From IMG/VR virus record IMGVR_UViG_3300035698_017497, positions 61,757 through 125,756 of that record: DNA of 64,000 bases. One strand, 5' to 3'. Positions within the stretch are counted from its first letter, which is position 1, and every line of letters starts with the position of its first letter. Positions 57,701 to 64,000 of this stretch are shown piece after piece. Below the pieces are notes generated by a model that was not told the DNA's origin, made no database searches, and saw only the letters and a list, made by a program, of their open reading frames with translations. Both the position numbers and the translations under genes were made by a program. This stretch comes from a virus.

Positions 57701-58013
57701 AGAAGTTGGTATTTGGATCATGCTCCTTCATGAAGGTTGTGAAATTTCCACGACACCCACATGTGAAACATATATACATTCCAGTCTCATTATCTATGCT
57801 CATTGAGGGCGTGCTGTCTCTGCCTTGAGTATGACCCATGGGGTTAAGACAATGGTAATTCTTACCCTTGCCTTTCATGACTCCTTTGCCCTCATAAATT
57901 CTATGATAATTTCCGCATAGCATCATATTGTAATGATCCTTTACGACTTGGTAATGCTCCTTCTTAATCCCTTTCGATTTAACCTTTGCGGTTGTCCCGG
58001 CTTTAGTTGTCAT
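54705..58013 (-). CDS. Primase-helicase: CHC2 zinc finger, TOPRIM primase and MCM-type AAA+ helicase
   Basis: 'C..H...STPS...CFTCG', 'IFEGEPD', 'CLDADDAG', Walker A 'GESRSGKS', 'GLIGG', Walker B 'IVIDE', arginine finger 'LSRFDL'. Confidence 0.88.
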   Translation of the reverse strand: MTTKAGTTAKVKSKGIKKEHYQVVKDHYNMMLCGNYHRIYEGKGVMKGKGKNYHCLNPMGHTQGRDSTPSMSIDNETGMYICFTCGCRGNFTTFMKEHDPNTNFFDFCEHEFSQSPKDVVEIYFPEERVNTKDSIIAAEEWNRRRKITVYYDDDPSKPIKDWNTKLDEWTDNLLNNHVAMEYLLKERHITPKVVVAFHLGFDKQRNSFVIPLLDQTGLINVKLYNPFDKTGMKWTYPFPGRETNVPFPFINITEKVLYIFEGEPDSLCACAHNIDGAVTLGPASRVNIDEMFEKEIAENLFGNKIIIICLDADDAGVAGSKKLAKQLYNYAKEIKIIDFNKSDDDPYGLDPNAVTTVNGKMKRSEKDFTDYMKKNSFGDTAIERFAEKVRKTSPYNFNPLRTQKKTVKVSLHSVGRQEYMSPNGAIELSTVAAVENVGSEFFFAPKLLHVSCKCMRDSEFKTKACKDCNLPRHPDFANSDFVKFNLITRYGEKGDKDSVQVHVKDYLAMIEVPEEKRKIAIRDMLLLHRTCRYMDIEEVESTRINTARLSTPVNDISDNMESETYVGGDTANSHIRAYIKGDINLRPNKSYEMVGVSVVSPKNQSGGFYVYETRQIETSIDKFKITDEVIDTLKVYKPETKGETLTEHLDRRYGMYSEAAGLNDRGDIFFVADSAYCSLTNIDDPVLLPSITRGWVEVLIVGESRSGKSIAAKALRRLYQCGDIVEGTGGASEAGLIGGVSTVEKSPTIKWGVIPQNDKGLIVIDELSEISVQLLLHMNSMRSDGIAEISKIVAGKIPARTRKIMLSNPRKDMSDKSTDTPTGMDILLGVCGAPQVLSRFDLAYIVKSDDVDLDSFKFGFKALTDEFNSYQAQTLIRWVFSRTGNDVVYEEGIHQHIWDTGRALLKVFHSRTQLVNLEMPAKLERLGISIALRTFSTAEGDHSKVLLKKEHIDYVDKWMRRVYSSKNFRLDIFSKSVWRSQELGNMDFMDNILRYVDPTLLMSTERFTERSILPLFTDYLNRVAMGKCYMVNANMNGNGKTTGMRQMDGASSLLGVLMGRRCLTTDGRGYVKTEMFKQWLSDNMEKSYDQRSKVLENNQQDK

Positions 58014-58099
58014 ATTAAAATTCCAATTTTGGGTATAGGGAACTCAAGGCTACTAAAAAATAGTAGCCAGTATTAATATCTTCAACATGTAAAAAAAAA

Positions 58100-58390
58100 T
58101 TACATATTGTCTATATCTATTTTATTTTCATTTGCTGAAGCGTCATGCGTTGGCCTGTCACCATTGTTAAGCCAGATGCTTCCGCTTTTGCGTTTGTGGT
58201 ACCATACGTTTCCACCTCTTTTACTCTCGATGTCTGCGAGCTCAACTGTTCTTCCGTTAATCTTGAGTGCCAGATCTACTCGTCCGGTAAAAGTGGGTAG
58301 AATATGCAACGATAGGCCCATAGCCTGATCGTTTATAACGATCTTTGTTTCGAACACTTTGCTAACATCGTCAATAGCGATACTACTCAT
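58100..58390 (-). CDS. Hypothetical protein
   Basis: 96-aa ORF with GGAGG RBS. Confidence 0.65.
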   Translation of the reverse strand: MSSIAIDDVSKVFETKIVINDQAMGLSLHILPTFTGRVDLALKINGRTVELADIESKRGGNVWYHKRKSGSIWLNNGDRPTHDASANENKIDIDNM

Positions 58391-58539
58391 ACATTTTTCC
58401 TCCGTGTTAAGAAATTAAAAACTCCGACTATAAGAACATAACTAATTACTATGCAGATTTGCAAGCCAAAATGTGTCATAGAATATATGATTTGGGTACC
58501 ACATGTGGTATTGTAAATAGAATATAAATTGTAAAAATT

Positions 58540-58570
58540 AAAAAAAAGACCCCTTTAATAAAGGAGTCTC
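58540..58570 (-). terminator. Rho-independent terminator
   Basis: Minus strand AGACTCCTTT-att-AAAGGGGTCT then a T run. Confidence 0.75.
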
Positions 58571-58604
58571 TAATTTAGTATAGCACGCCAAGGGCTTCCC
58601 CCCT

Positions 58605-59177
58605 CTAAGCGTGCCACCTCCTAGATTCAAATCTAAGAGCCTGTACTCTTTGGCGTATATCATCAGGCGTAACCTTTTCGCTGGCTTCGCCCCAATTTGT
58701 GCCTATAAATCTATTTGTTTTTCTTGCAACATACTCAGAGCAGAAGTCTTCTTTATCTCTAACTTTGACTTTTTTAAAAACAAATGAGAGGTCTCCCCTG
58801 AAAGAATAATCTATTCCAGCCACAAAATCCTTAAGCACTGAATCTACTAAATGGCTTTTGATCCCATCTGTAAATAAACCACTTCCAACAATATCAAGAA
58901 TGTACCTTTTGCGCTTACCCTTATTGTATATCGTTAGTGGATTAATATCAAGACCTTTAGTTGTCATCTCTGCTATCATTGAATATTTCCCAAGCTTAAT
59001 TATGATACCAGTATGGGTTGACACCTCCGGATTATGCCTGTACCTAAATCCTCTAGATGCCATTTTTATAGCGTATGCTATCGCACCCATACCTCCGCAT
59101 ATAACGATATCTCCGGTATTAATATTATCCGACAATAACTTAAATTCCTTGCCCTTGTTGTTTTCTACAATGCTCAT
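58605..59177 (-). CDS. Permuted papain-like NlpC/P60 (YaeF/YiiX-like) enzyme
   Basis: 'TGDIV' then 'THTGII' (His) precede 'DYSF...FCSEYVA' (Cys) and 'VTPDDI', the circularly permuted order. Confidence 0.8.
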   Translation of the reverse strand: MSIVENNKGKEFKLLSDNINTGDIVICGGMGAIAYAIKMASRGFRYRHNPEVSTHTGIIIKLGKYSMIAEMTTKGLDINPLTIYNKGKRKRYILDIVGSGLFTDGIKSHLVDSVLKDFVAGIDYSFRGDLSFVFKKVKVRDKEDFCSEYVARKTNRFIGTNWGEASEKVTPDDIRQRVQALRFESRRWHA

Positions 59178-59196
59178 AAGATTATCCGTTCTTGAA

Positions 59197-59376
59197 TTAT
59201 TTAATTCTTGAACTCAATGTATACTCAGAAACCCTAACCTTTTTCTTAAAGTGCAGAGCTTCAGTAGGATTAACATAGCTGAAGTTCGGATTACGCTGGA
59301 AGAATGACATAAGTAATCTTTTAGGGTAAGTGAATGCTCCGCTGAGCCTTCTTATTAAATATACCATTTCCCTCAT
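59197..59376 (-). CDS. Small basic hypothetical protein (59 aa, not in the ORF track)
   Basis: MREMVYLIRRLSG...SSRIK*; AAGGA RBS; fills the intergenic gap. Confidence 0.5.
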   Translation of the reverse strand: MREMVYLIRRLSGAFTYPKRLLMSFFQRNPNFSYVNPTEALHFKKKVRVSEYTLSSRIK

Positions 59377-59409
59377 AATTTTTTCCTTTATTTTTAAAAT
59401 TAGACTAAA

Positions 59410-59847
59410 TTAAGCAGGTTTCGTCTTACTCTCAGTGTCCTTGGCCATTTCGAATAGACCGGTAGTTTCCGCAACCTCATGTTGCATGAAAAAGAAGCGC
59501 GATGAAAGTATATGCCTTAAAAGCTCTTCATCGTCAATTAGTTTTGCTATGGTGTGTTCAGCCAGCACAAAGAACCCTCCAGTACGATAAGGATTTTTCT
59601 TGTCGTCTGTTAACTTCTCGTCATATGTTATGGCTATTATACCTAGCTTCATATACTCCTTGCAGGTTTGGCAAGGCTCCATGCTGACAACCTTACCATG
59701 CATGCTCTCAACTTTCTTAGCTAGATGCTTGGTAGGCGTCTTATTCATTAATATGTCTGAGTTTCCACCGCAGTAAAAACATTTAGTGAGTGCTACTCTA
59801 ACAGTGTTATTGTTGGTCATCTTGATAACTCCATGGATTAAATTCAA
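59410..59847 (-). CDS. Hypothetical zinc-binding protein
   Basis: CFYC...CQTC; start probably at the internal MTNN with GGAG RBS. Confidence 0.6.
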   Translation of the reverse strand: MNLIHGVIKMTNNNTVRVALTKCFYCGGNSDILMNKTPTKHLAKKVESMHGKVVSMEPCQTCKEYMKLGIIAITYDEKLTDDKKNPYRTGGFFVLAEHTIAKLIDDEELLRHILSSRFFFMQHEVAETTGLFEMAKDTESKTKPA

Positions 59848-60166
59848 TTGGTGAAATTTTTATTCTCATATCACCGATACCGTTGTTGAGGTATCTAGCC
59901 AAATGGTTAATGGTCGCTCCTGCCTTACCTATCAATAGTCCTGGTCTTCTCAAAAAGATTCTGACATTCAGCAATTCGTCACTCTCGTAACAAAATTCTA
60001 TCTTGCATACCCCTAGCATCGATGTCGGAAGACCCCTGACTTCAGGTTTCACATCTCAAACTGATCCATGCATATCATCAGCATTAGAGCGTAATCCGTC
60101 AAAAAACATCTTAGTCCATTGACGTATAGATCTCTGTATCGTTAATTTAAAGTCGTCTGTTAACAT
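59807..60166 (-). CDS. KH-domain protein (ribosomal S3-like type II KH), interrupted by an in-frame TGA at 60056-60058
   Basis: 'RRPGLLIGKAGATINHL' GxxG loop. The upstream in-frame ATG 60166 has an AAAGG RBS and overlaps the previous stop; the alternative is GTG 60052. Confidence 0.55.
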
Positions 60167-60666
60167 AGCGTACCTTTCTCTTTTTTAATTATAGTTGCAA
60201 AACTGCACCCATACCCAGTACATACCAATGATCTCAACTTTACTGGCAATGCACATCCAGTTCCATACATCCAAAATCCAACATCCTTATGAAATAAGGT
60301 ACTAATTTTTTTTAGATTTTCAGGCCTTATATCCGTCCAATTAAAATACCCCAAATCTCTATAGCAATTTCCACAGCACCCCTTTCGATTAGATATGATC
60401 TGTCCAGTGTTCTGTTTTTTGCTATGCGTAATAGATATAATCCTTTTGGTAGATTGCGCTAAATCATCCTTGGAATAAAAATCAAGAGCGCATTTTGTCT
60501 GACGATTAAGCCGTCTCTCACACTCGCATGTGCCCTCTTTGTTAAATTTGCAATCAAGTGAAGCTCTAGTTTTTCTATACTCGTCAGCTTTATCATTGCA
60601 TTCTTTAACAAATTCGACCGGAATACTTGCAATTATATCGTTAAATTTTTTATAAAATTCATTCAT
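60160..60666 (-). CDS. Cys-rich (YkgJ/CxxCxxCC-like) metal-binding protein
   Basis: 'GCCGNC...GCALP...RSLVCTGYGC'. Start placed at 60666 (GAAAGGGA RBS) because the 60852 start would run through a terminator and structured RNA. Confidence 0.55.
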   Translation of the reverse strand: MNEFYKKFNDIIASIPVEFVKECNDKADEYRKTRASLDCKFNKEGTCECERRLNRQTKCALDFYSKDDLAQSTKRIISITHSKKQNTGQIISNRKGCCGNCYRDLGYFNWTDIRPENLKKISTLFHKDVGFWMYGTGCALPVKLRSLVCTGYGCSFATIIKKEKGTLC

Positions 60667-60679
60667 AAATTCCCTTTCT

Positions 60680-60720
60680 AAATAAAAAATAGTCTCCCAC
60701 CCAGAATGGTGGGAGACTAT
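60680..60720 (-). terminator. Strong Rho-independent terminator
   Basis: 13-bp perfect stem ATAGTCTCCCACC/GGTGGGAGACTAT with a 6-nt loop, then a T-rich tail on the minus strand. Confidence 0.85.
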
Positions 60721-60945
60721 ACGAGAGGCTGGGCAATACCGCGAGTACCGCCCAGTCGCTTTCCTCAAGATCAGCTGCTTTTGTAAGGTCTTGCCCTTTT
60801 TTGTCCAGCCGACGGTAGGCCCGATAGATTTAAGCATATTCCAAGCATTCATCTAAGTTAACTTACACGAAGCTAAGTAGGCTGGATCCTGATTACCAGA
60901 TCCGTACCTAACACTTAAATGGGAATATAGGCTTTACCGAGCACG
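60689..60945 (-). ncRNA. Candidate structured non-coding RNA, family unknown
   Basis: Nested helices 60935-42/60819-26, 60931-34/60832-35, 60922-28/60836-42, 60913-21/60850-58, internal hairpins, a second domain at 60725-60766 and a terminator. The G-U pairs work only on the minus strand. Confidence 0.6.
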
Positions 60946-60955
60946 ATTCATAGTA

Positions 60956-61105
60956 TTAAGCTATACCCTTTAAGGTACGCTTAACTCTCAACTTTCCTGC
61001 AATACGCTTCATGATTTTCTTGCGCCTATTCTTAAAGGCACGTGCAAGAACCTGTATTAATGGTTCGTCGTGAAATGACATAAATTGAGATAGGCTACTA
61101 ATCAT
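60956..61105 (-). CDS. 49-aa Arg/Lys-rich peptide (not in the ORF track)
   Basis: MISSLSQFMSFHDEPLIQVLARAFKNRRKKIMKRIAGKLRVKRTLKGIA*; GAGGAG RBS. Confidence 0.65.
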   Translation of the reverse strand: MISSLSQFMSFHDEPLIQVLARAFKNRRKKIMKRIAGKLRVKRTLKGIA

Positions 61106-61139
61106 ATAAACTCCTCTTAAAAAGTGTTAGTTTAATACA

Positions 61140-61157
61140 TTCACTATTATCATACCA
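61140..61157 (-). promoter_or_regulatory. Putative promoter (TGGTATGATAATAGTGAA)
   Basis: Extended -10 TGnTATGAT plus the shared AATAGTGAA. Confidence 0.55.
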
Positions 61158-61169
61158 TAAACGGAGCAG

Positions 61170-61952
61170 TTATAACATCATCCCAGAATCTTTTGCAGAG
61201 TGATACATATTTGCAAGAGATACCATAAATTTATTAACTGTAGCTGATCCGAGCTGAGAATGTATTTCAGACTTAAGGTTTCTTACACCGTTCCAGTTCT
61301 TAATATCAATACCGAACCTATCAACGAATTCTTTCATATCACGAAGACCAAATATCTCATTTTCAAGCTTTTTATTCTTACACATTATCGTTCCACATTT
61401 GGACGACACATCGTCATGTATAACTTTAGCCACCTTGCGCCCAGTATCAGACTGAGTGTCGCGATCAACCAGCCATTGCGACCATGCCTCATTTTTGTCA
61501 ACTTCACTTCCAAGGCGGTATGCCGGCTTGCGTATATCAGCTCTACTCATGAGAATGTATCTCATTAGCTCACTATCGCTGGCCTCTGAATTATATGCGG
61601 CTTTCACTTTTGTATAAAGTTTAGTGCCTGTCCTTGATATATACATTAAGCCTACGCCCTCAGGAACCTCCACCTTATCAATAAGACCATAAGGGCATAC
61701 AAAGTAAAGCATGTTGCAGTACTTTTTATACTCAATAAATTTAGTGTCTCTAAGGAAATCCTGCCGATTGACTTTAATCTCATACCCAATTGATGTTACG
61801 GGACTCCATGTTCTTTTCATAACCCACGCATCTAACCGAAGGCAATCTCTAGCCCAGGTGCTTCCGGTTTTACACTCTGACACAAAAACGTCGCTAGAAT
61901 GTTTAGACGACAGAAGTGAAAGTATGTCTTTAGCATTTAGCTTAGGATTCAT
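61170..61952 (-). CDS. MmcB-like PD-(D/E)XK endonuclease-fold protein
   Basis: 'RLDAW...GYEIKVNRQDFLRD.K...Y...CNMLYFVCP...EVPEGVGL'; start 61952 with GGAGG RBS. Confidence 0.75.
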   Translation of the reverse strand: MNPKLNAKDILSLLSSKHSSDVFVSECKTGSTWARDCLRLDAWVMKRTWSPVTSIGYEIKVNRQDFLRDTKFIEYKKYCNMLYFVCPYGLIDKVEVPEGVGLMYISRTGTKLYTKVKAAYNSEASDSELMRYILMSRADIRKPAYRLGSEVDKNEAWSQWLVDRDTQSDTGRKVAKVIHDDVSSKCGTIMCKNKKLENEIFGLRDMKEFVDRFGIDIKNWNGVRNLKSEIHSQLGSATVNKFMVSLANMYHSAKDSGMML

Positions 61953-62352
61953 TCTTAGCCTCCGTAATAGGCTCAATCTCAATTAGTGAGTTAGTACCGT
62001 CCATACGGCATACGTCTGAGCACACGTTATGTATTCGACTCTCAGCACCATTGCGATCCTTCCATAGTCTATTCCTTGCGACCTGCAACATATCATATGC
62101 TGCAAGATGGTTAGGCCGGGCATCCTTAGACCCAACACCTCTTCCGCAAAGATCGCTACACGCGTTCAATTCCACCTCAAGCTCACGTGTAAGAAGCCTT
62201 ATGCGATTGTTGTCACATTTGGCTAACATGGCAGGAGTCTCAACCAAGCTGAGAGCTATCCCAACTTGGTTTAAGTGGATTCGTGTAGCGATCTCCAAAC
62301 TCTGTTCTAGAGTTGACAGCTGACTCTCGTTCAGAGTTATTTGGTACATCAT
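61942..62352 (-). CDS. Hypothetical protein
   Basis: 136 aa; ATGA overlap with the upstream gene. Confidence 0.6.
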   Translation of the reverse strand: MMYQITLNESQLSTLEQSLEIATRIHLNQVGIALSLVETPAMLAKCDNNRIRLLTRELEVELNACSDLCGRGVGSKDARPNHLAAYDMLQVARNRLWKDRNGAESRIHNVCSDVCRMDGTNSLIEIEPITEAKNES

Positions 62353-62717
62353 TTCAGCATCCGTTTATCAAATGCGCTAACAATCCTATCTGCTTTTGAT
62401 ATCGCCTGCTCTTCACTCATGCTGATTAGCGATGCAGCTGAAAGATACGCTTCGCACCATAGCTTTTGTCTAATAGGTGTAGCTATGCTCTTTAGGAGGC
62501 TGTGAGCCGCCTTTAAATCCTCTACTATCGAAGAATTTTCGATTGAGGCCTCTACGATATCTTTTTGGAAATTAGACACAATACCCATCAACTGATCTGC
62601 GTATTTATTCGCGACTGCTACTAGGTCGTCGCTTGTAGTCGTGAGTACCATAAAGATAAATTTGTACACACTGTCCCTAAGCTCACTCAAAGATCCTAAA
62701 TTTTTATCATTACTCAT
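62349..62717 (-). CDS. Hypothetical protein
   Basis: 122-aa helical ORF in a co-directional run. Confidence 0.6.
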   Translation of the reverse strand: MSNDKNLGSLSELRDSVYKFIFMVLTTTSDDLVAVANKYADQLMGIVSNFQKDIVEASIENSSIVEDLKAAHSLLKSIATPIRQKLWCEAYLSAASLISMSEEQAISKADRIVSAFDKRMLK

Positions 62718-62732
62718 AGCGCCTGCTTTCTG

Positions 62733-63305
62733 CTAAAATACTATTTTAGCGTCTTCATATGTTTTTCTTAAAAAATTATACTTATCTCTACAGTTCTTTG
62801 CATCACTAAGCGCGTTATGTATGTCATAATTATTATCAACATCAAGGTGAGAGCATCCCACCATTCTGGAAAGCTGCTGTACGTCATTAACGTACATCGG
62901 GTAACCGCCTGGCAAGTTGACCATTCTACCAAATAGACCGCAGAATACAACCCAGTCATATGAGCCAAAATCTGCCCAAAATTCTATATTGGGAGTTACC
63001 GAAAATGATTTTCCAACAATGTGGTTGATATCATGCACTATCTCAGACTTGCTAGCTCCGTACTTCATATAATTACCAACGCTTCGGTAGTTTGGTATTT
63101 CGATAAGCACGTTTTTATGCACCCAGTCAGAAGCATTGGAAAGGTCAGCATCTTTATTAACTGCATAATAATCTTCATCACGCAACTTGTCTGCATTGTT
63201 AGAGCATGAGCTATGGTCAGTCAAGAGACCTATGCTGATAAGCTCTATATGGTTAGGGGTCTCGATAAATTCCGTGTCAAAAAAAATCCTTATCTTATCT
63301 GACAT
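62733..63305 (-). CDS. DEDD 3'-5' exoribonuclease, Rv2179c-like
   Basis: 'FFDTEF...LISIG', 'SYDWV...LP', 'HNALSDA'. Confidence 0.85.
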   Translation of the reverse strand: MSDKIRIFFDTEFIETPNHIELISIGLLTDHSSCSNNADKLRDEDYYAVNKDADLSNASDWVHKNVLIEIPNYRSVGNYMKYGASKSEIVHDINHIVGKSFSVTPNIEFWADFGSYDWVVFCGLFGRMVNLPGGYPMYVNDVQQLSRMVGCSHLDVDNNYDIHNALSDAKNCRDKYNFLRKTYEDAKIVF

Positions 63306-63324
63306 AATTTTTCCTTTCTGATAA

Positions 63325-63525
63325 TTAGAATAAGCTTTCCTGAAGAGCGAGATCTTTGTATTTACGCTTAAATCTTCTCACCTCTCCAGATTCAGTGACA
63401 CACTGAATGTGTGCTACCTTCTTTTTTTCATCAATACTGAAAACTTTTCCAACAGCATTCATGTTACCGCTATTCATAACTACAACGCTGACGCCTACCT
63501 TAACGTCGTCGGTTGAAAACGTCAT
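63325..63525 (-). CDS. Small SH3/KOW-like protein
   Basis: 'VKVGVSVVVMNSG...VGKVFSID...AHIQ'; ATGA overlap. Confidence 0.5.
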   Translation of the reverse strand: MTFSTDDVKVGVSVVVMNSGNMNAVGKVFSIDEKKKVAHIQCVTESGEVRRFKRKYKDLALQESLF

Positions 63526-63869
63526 GTCACCTTTCCTCTCTTTTTGTATTTATCAATACACTTTCTGCTTTTAACAGCTTGCCTTAAATTTAATCTAAAT
63601 TCCTTGCTGGTGAAGGATCCTTCCGTGGTAGCTCTGTTGTAATATATATTTTTGACAGCAGCGCCTATCTCGGCTTGTGTTATTTTATCTTTACGTATCA
63701 TGCCAACTGTGATCTTGGAGACTCCTTTAAATCTATCTGCGGCTGATACCTTGCTATTTTTAGGTATACTGGAGAACACTATTGAATCGATCTCTTCGGG
63801 TGTCTTTGGAGGAAGGAACTCTTTTACTATTCCAAATCTTCCAGGACGCATCATCGATCCGTTAACCAA
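63522..63869 (-). CDS. Basic hypothetical protein
   Basis: 115-aa ORF; start uncertain. Confidence 0.5.
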   Translation of the reverse strand: MVNGSMMRPGRFGIVKEFLPPKTPEEIDSIVFSSIPKNSKVSAADRFKGVSKITVGMIRKDKITQAEIGAAVKNIYYNRATTEGSFTSKEFRLNLRQAVKSRKCIDKYKKRGKVT

Positions 63870-63933
63870 AGATGTATTCTATTCTTTTAATTAAAAGGTT
63901 GCATAATATCCTTTTTTGTAGTATATTATAAGT

Positions 63934-64000
63934 ATGAAATTATCAATATATGCAAAAAAGCTCGGAATCCAGTACAAAACTGCTTGGAATCATTTTAGTA
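63934..64000 (+). mobile_element. tnpA: 5' end of an IS607-family transposase (MerR-type HTH serine recombinase), truncated by the window edge
   Basis: MKLSIYAKKLGIQYKTAWNHFS matches the typical IS607 TnpA N-terminus; opposite strand to its neighbours; only 22 codons visible. Confidence 0.65.

Noticed and set aside
40825-58013. Archaeal or eukaryotic-virus origin suggested by MCM, SNF2 and ubiquitin-like genes
   Set aside because: The sigma-70-like factor, DnaG-type primase, SD motifs, intrinsic terminators, DDLPF-tailed SSB-like protein and contractile-tail baseplate genes point to a bacteriophage; the host cannot be named from this window.
60725-60770. GAGGAAAG as an RNase P RNA signature; also tRNA, tmRNA or SRP identity for the RNA
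   Set aside because: The following GUCC and the 3' conserved RNase P motif are absent; no cloverleaf or SRP loop motif was recognised.
60667-60852. 62-codon N-terminal extension of the Cys-rich ORF given in the ORF track
   Set aside because: It runs through a strong terminator and the structured RNA; the internal ATG 60666 has a good RBS.
1-64000. Alternative genetic code (TGA or TAG recoding), prompted by strong TAA preference and the in-frame TGA at 60056
   Set aside because: Very long ORFs are intact under code 11, ATGA stop/start overlaps occur at 62349-62352 and 63522-63525, and TAG ends several well-bounded genes.

Overview
This window looks like part of a large (jumbo-type) tailed bacteriophage genome read in standard code 11. 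It has two convergent arms. The + arm (1-40.7 kb) is a virion module: a baseplate hub-like gene, small proteins sharing an N-terminal 'MSYEE/DxYTDAYNDELEKIA' leader, a sigma-70-like factor, gp25-like and baseplate J-like genes, beta-helix/fibre genes including a 2828-aa repeat protein, and a probable portal. The - arm (40.8-63.9 kb) carries replication/recombination and accessory genes: SNF2 helicase, a DnaQ-Cas4/AddB-like nuclease fusion, a Gp3-like protein, a probable SSB, a DnaG-type primase fused to an MCM-type helicase, a permuted NlpC/P60 protein, MmcB-like and Rv2179c-like nucleases. An IS607-type transposase begins at the right edge. The most striking element is a terminator- and promoter-bounded five-gene operon (40825-46242) that appears to be a complete phage-encoded ubiquitin-like conjugation system (E2-like, E2-like, JAB, E1, tandem Ubl); both Ubl domains end in NKxVNAA instead of GG. 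Other highlights are a ~260-nt structured ncRNA candidate (60689-60945, - strand) downstream of a 49-aa Arg/Lys-rich peptide gene, and a portable leader cassette resembling a capsid-targeting signal. All product calls come from motifs read by eye; no database searches were run.
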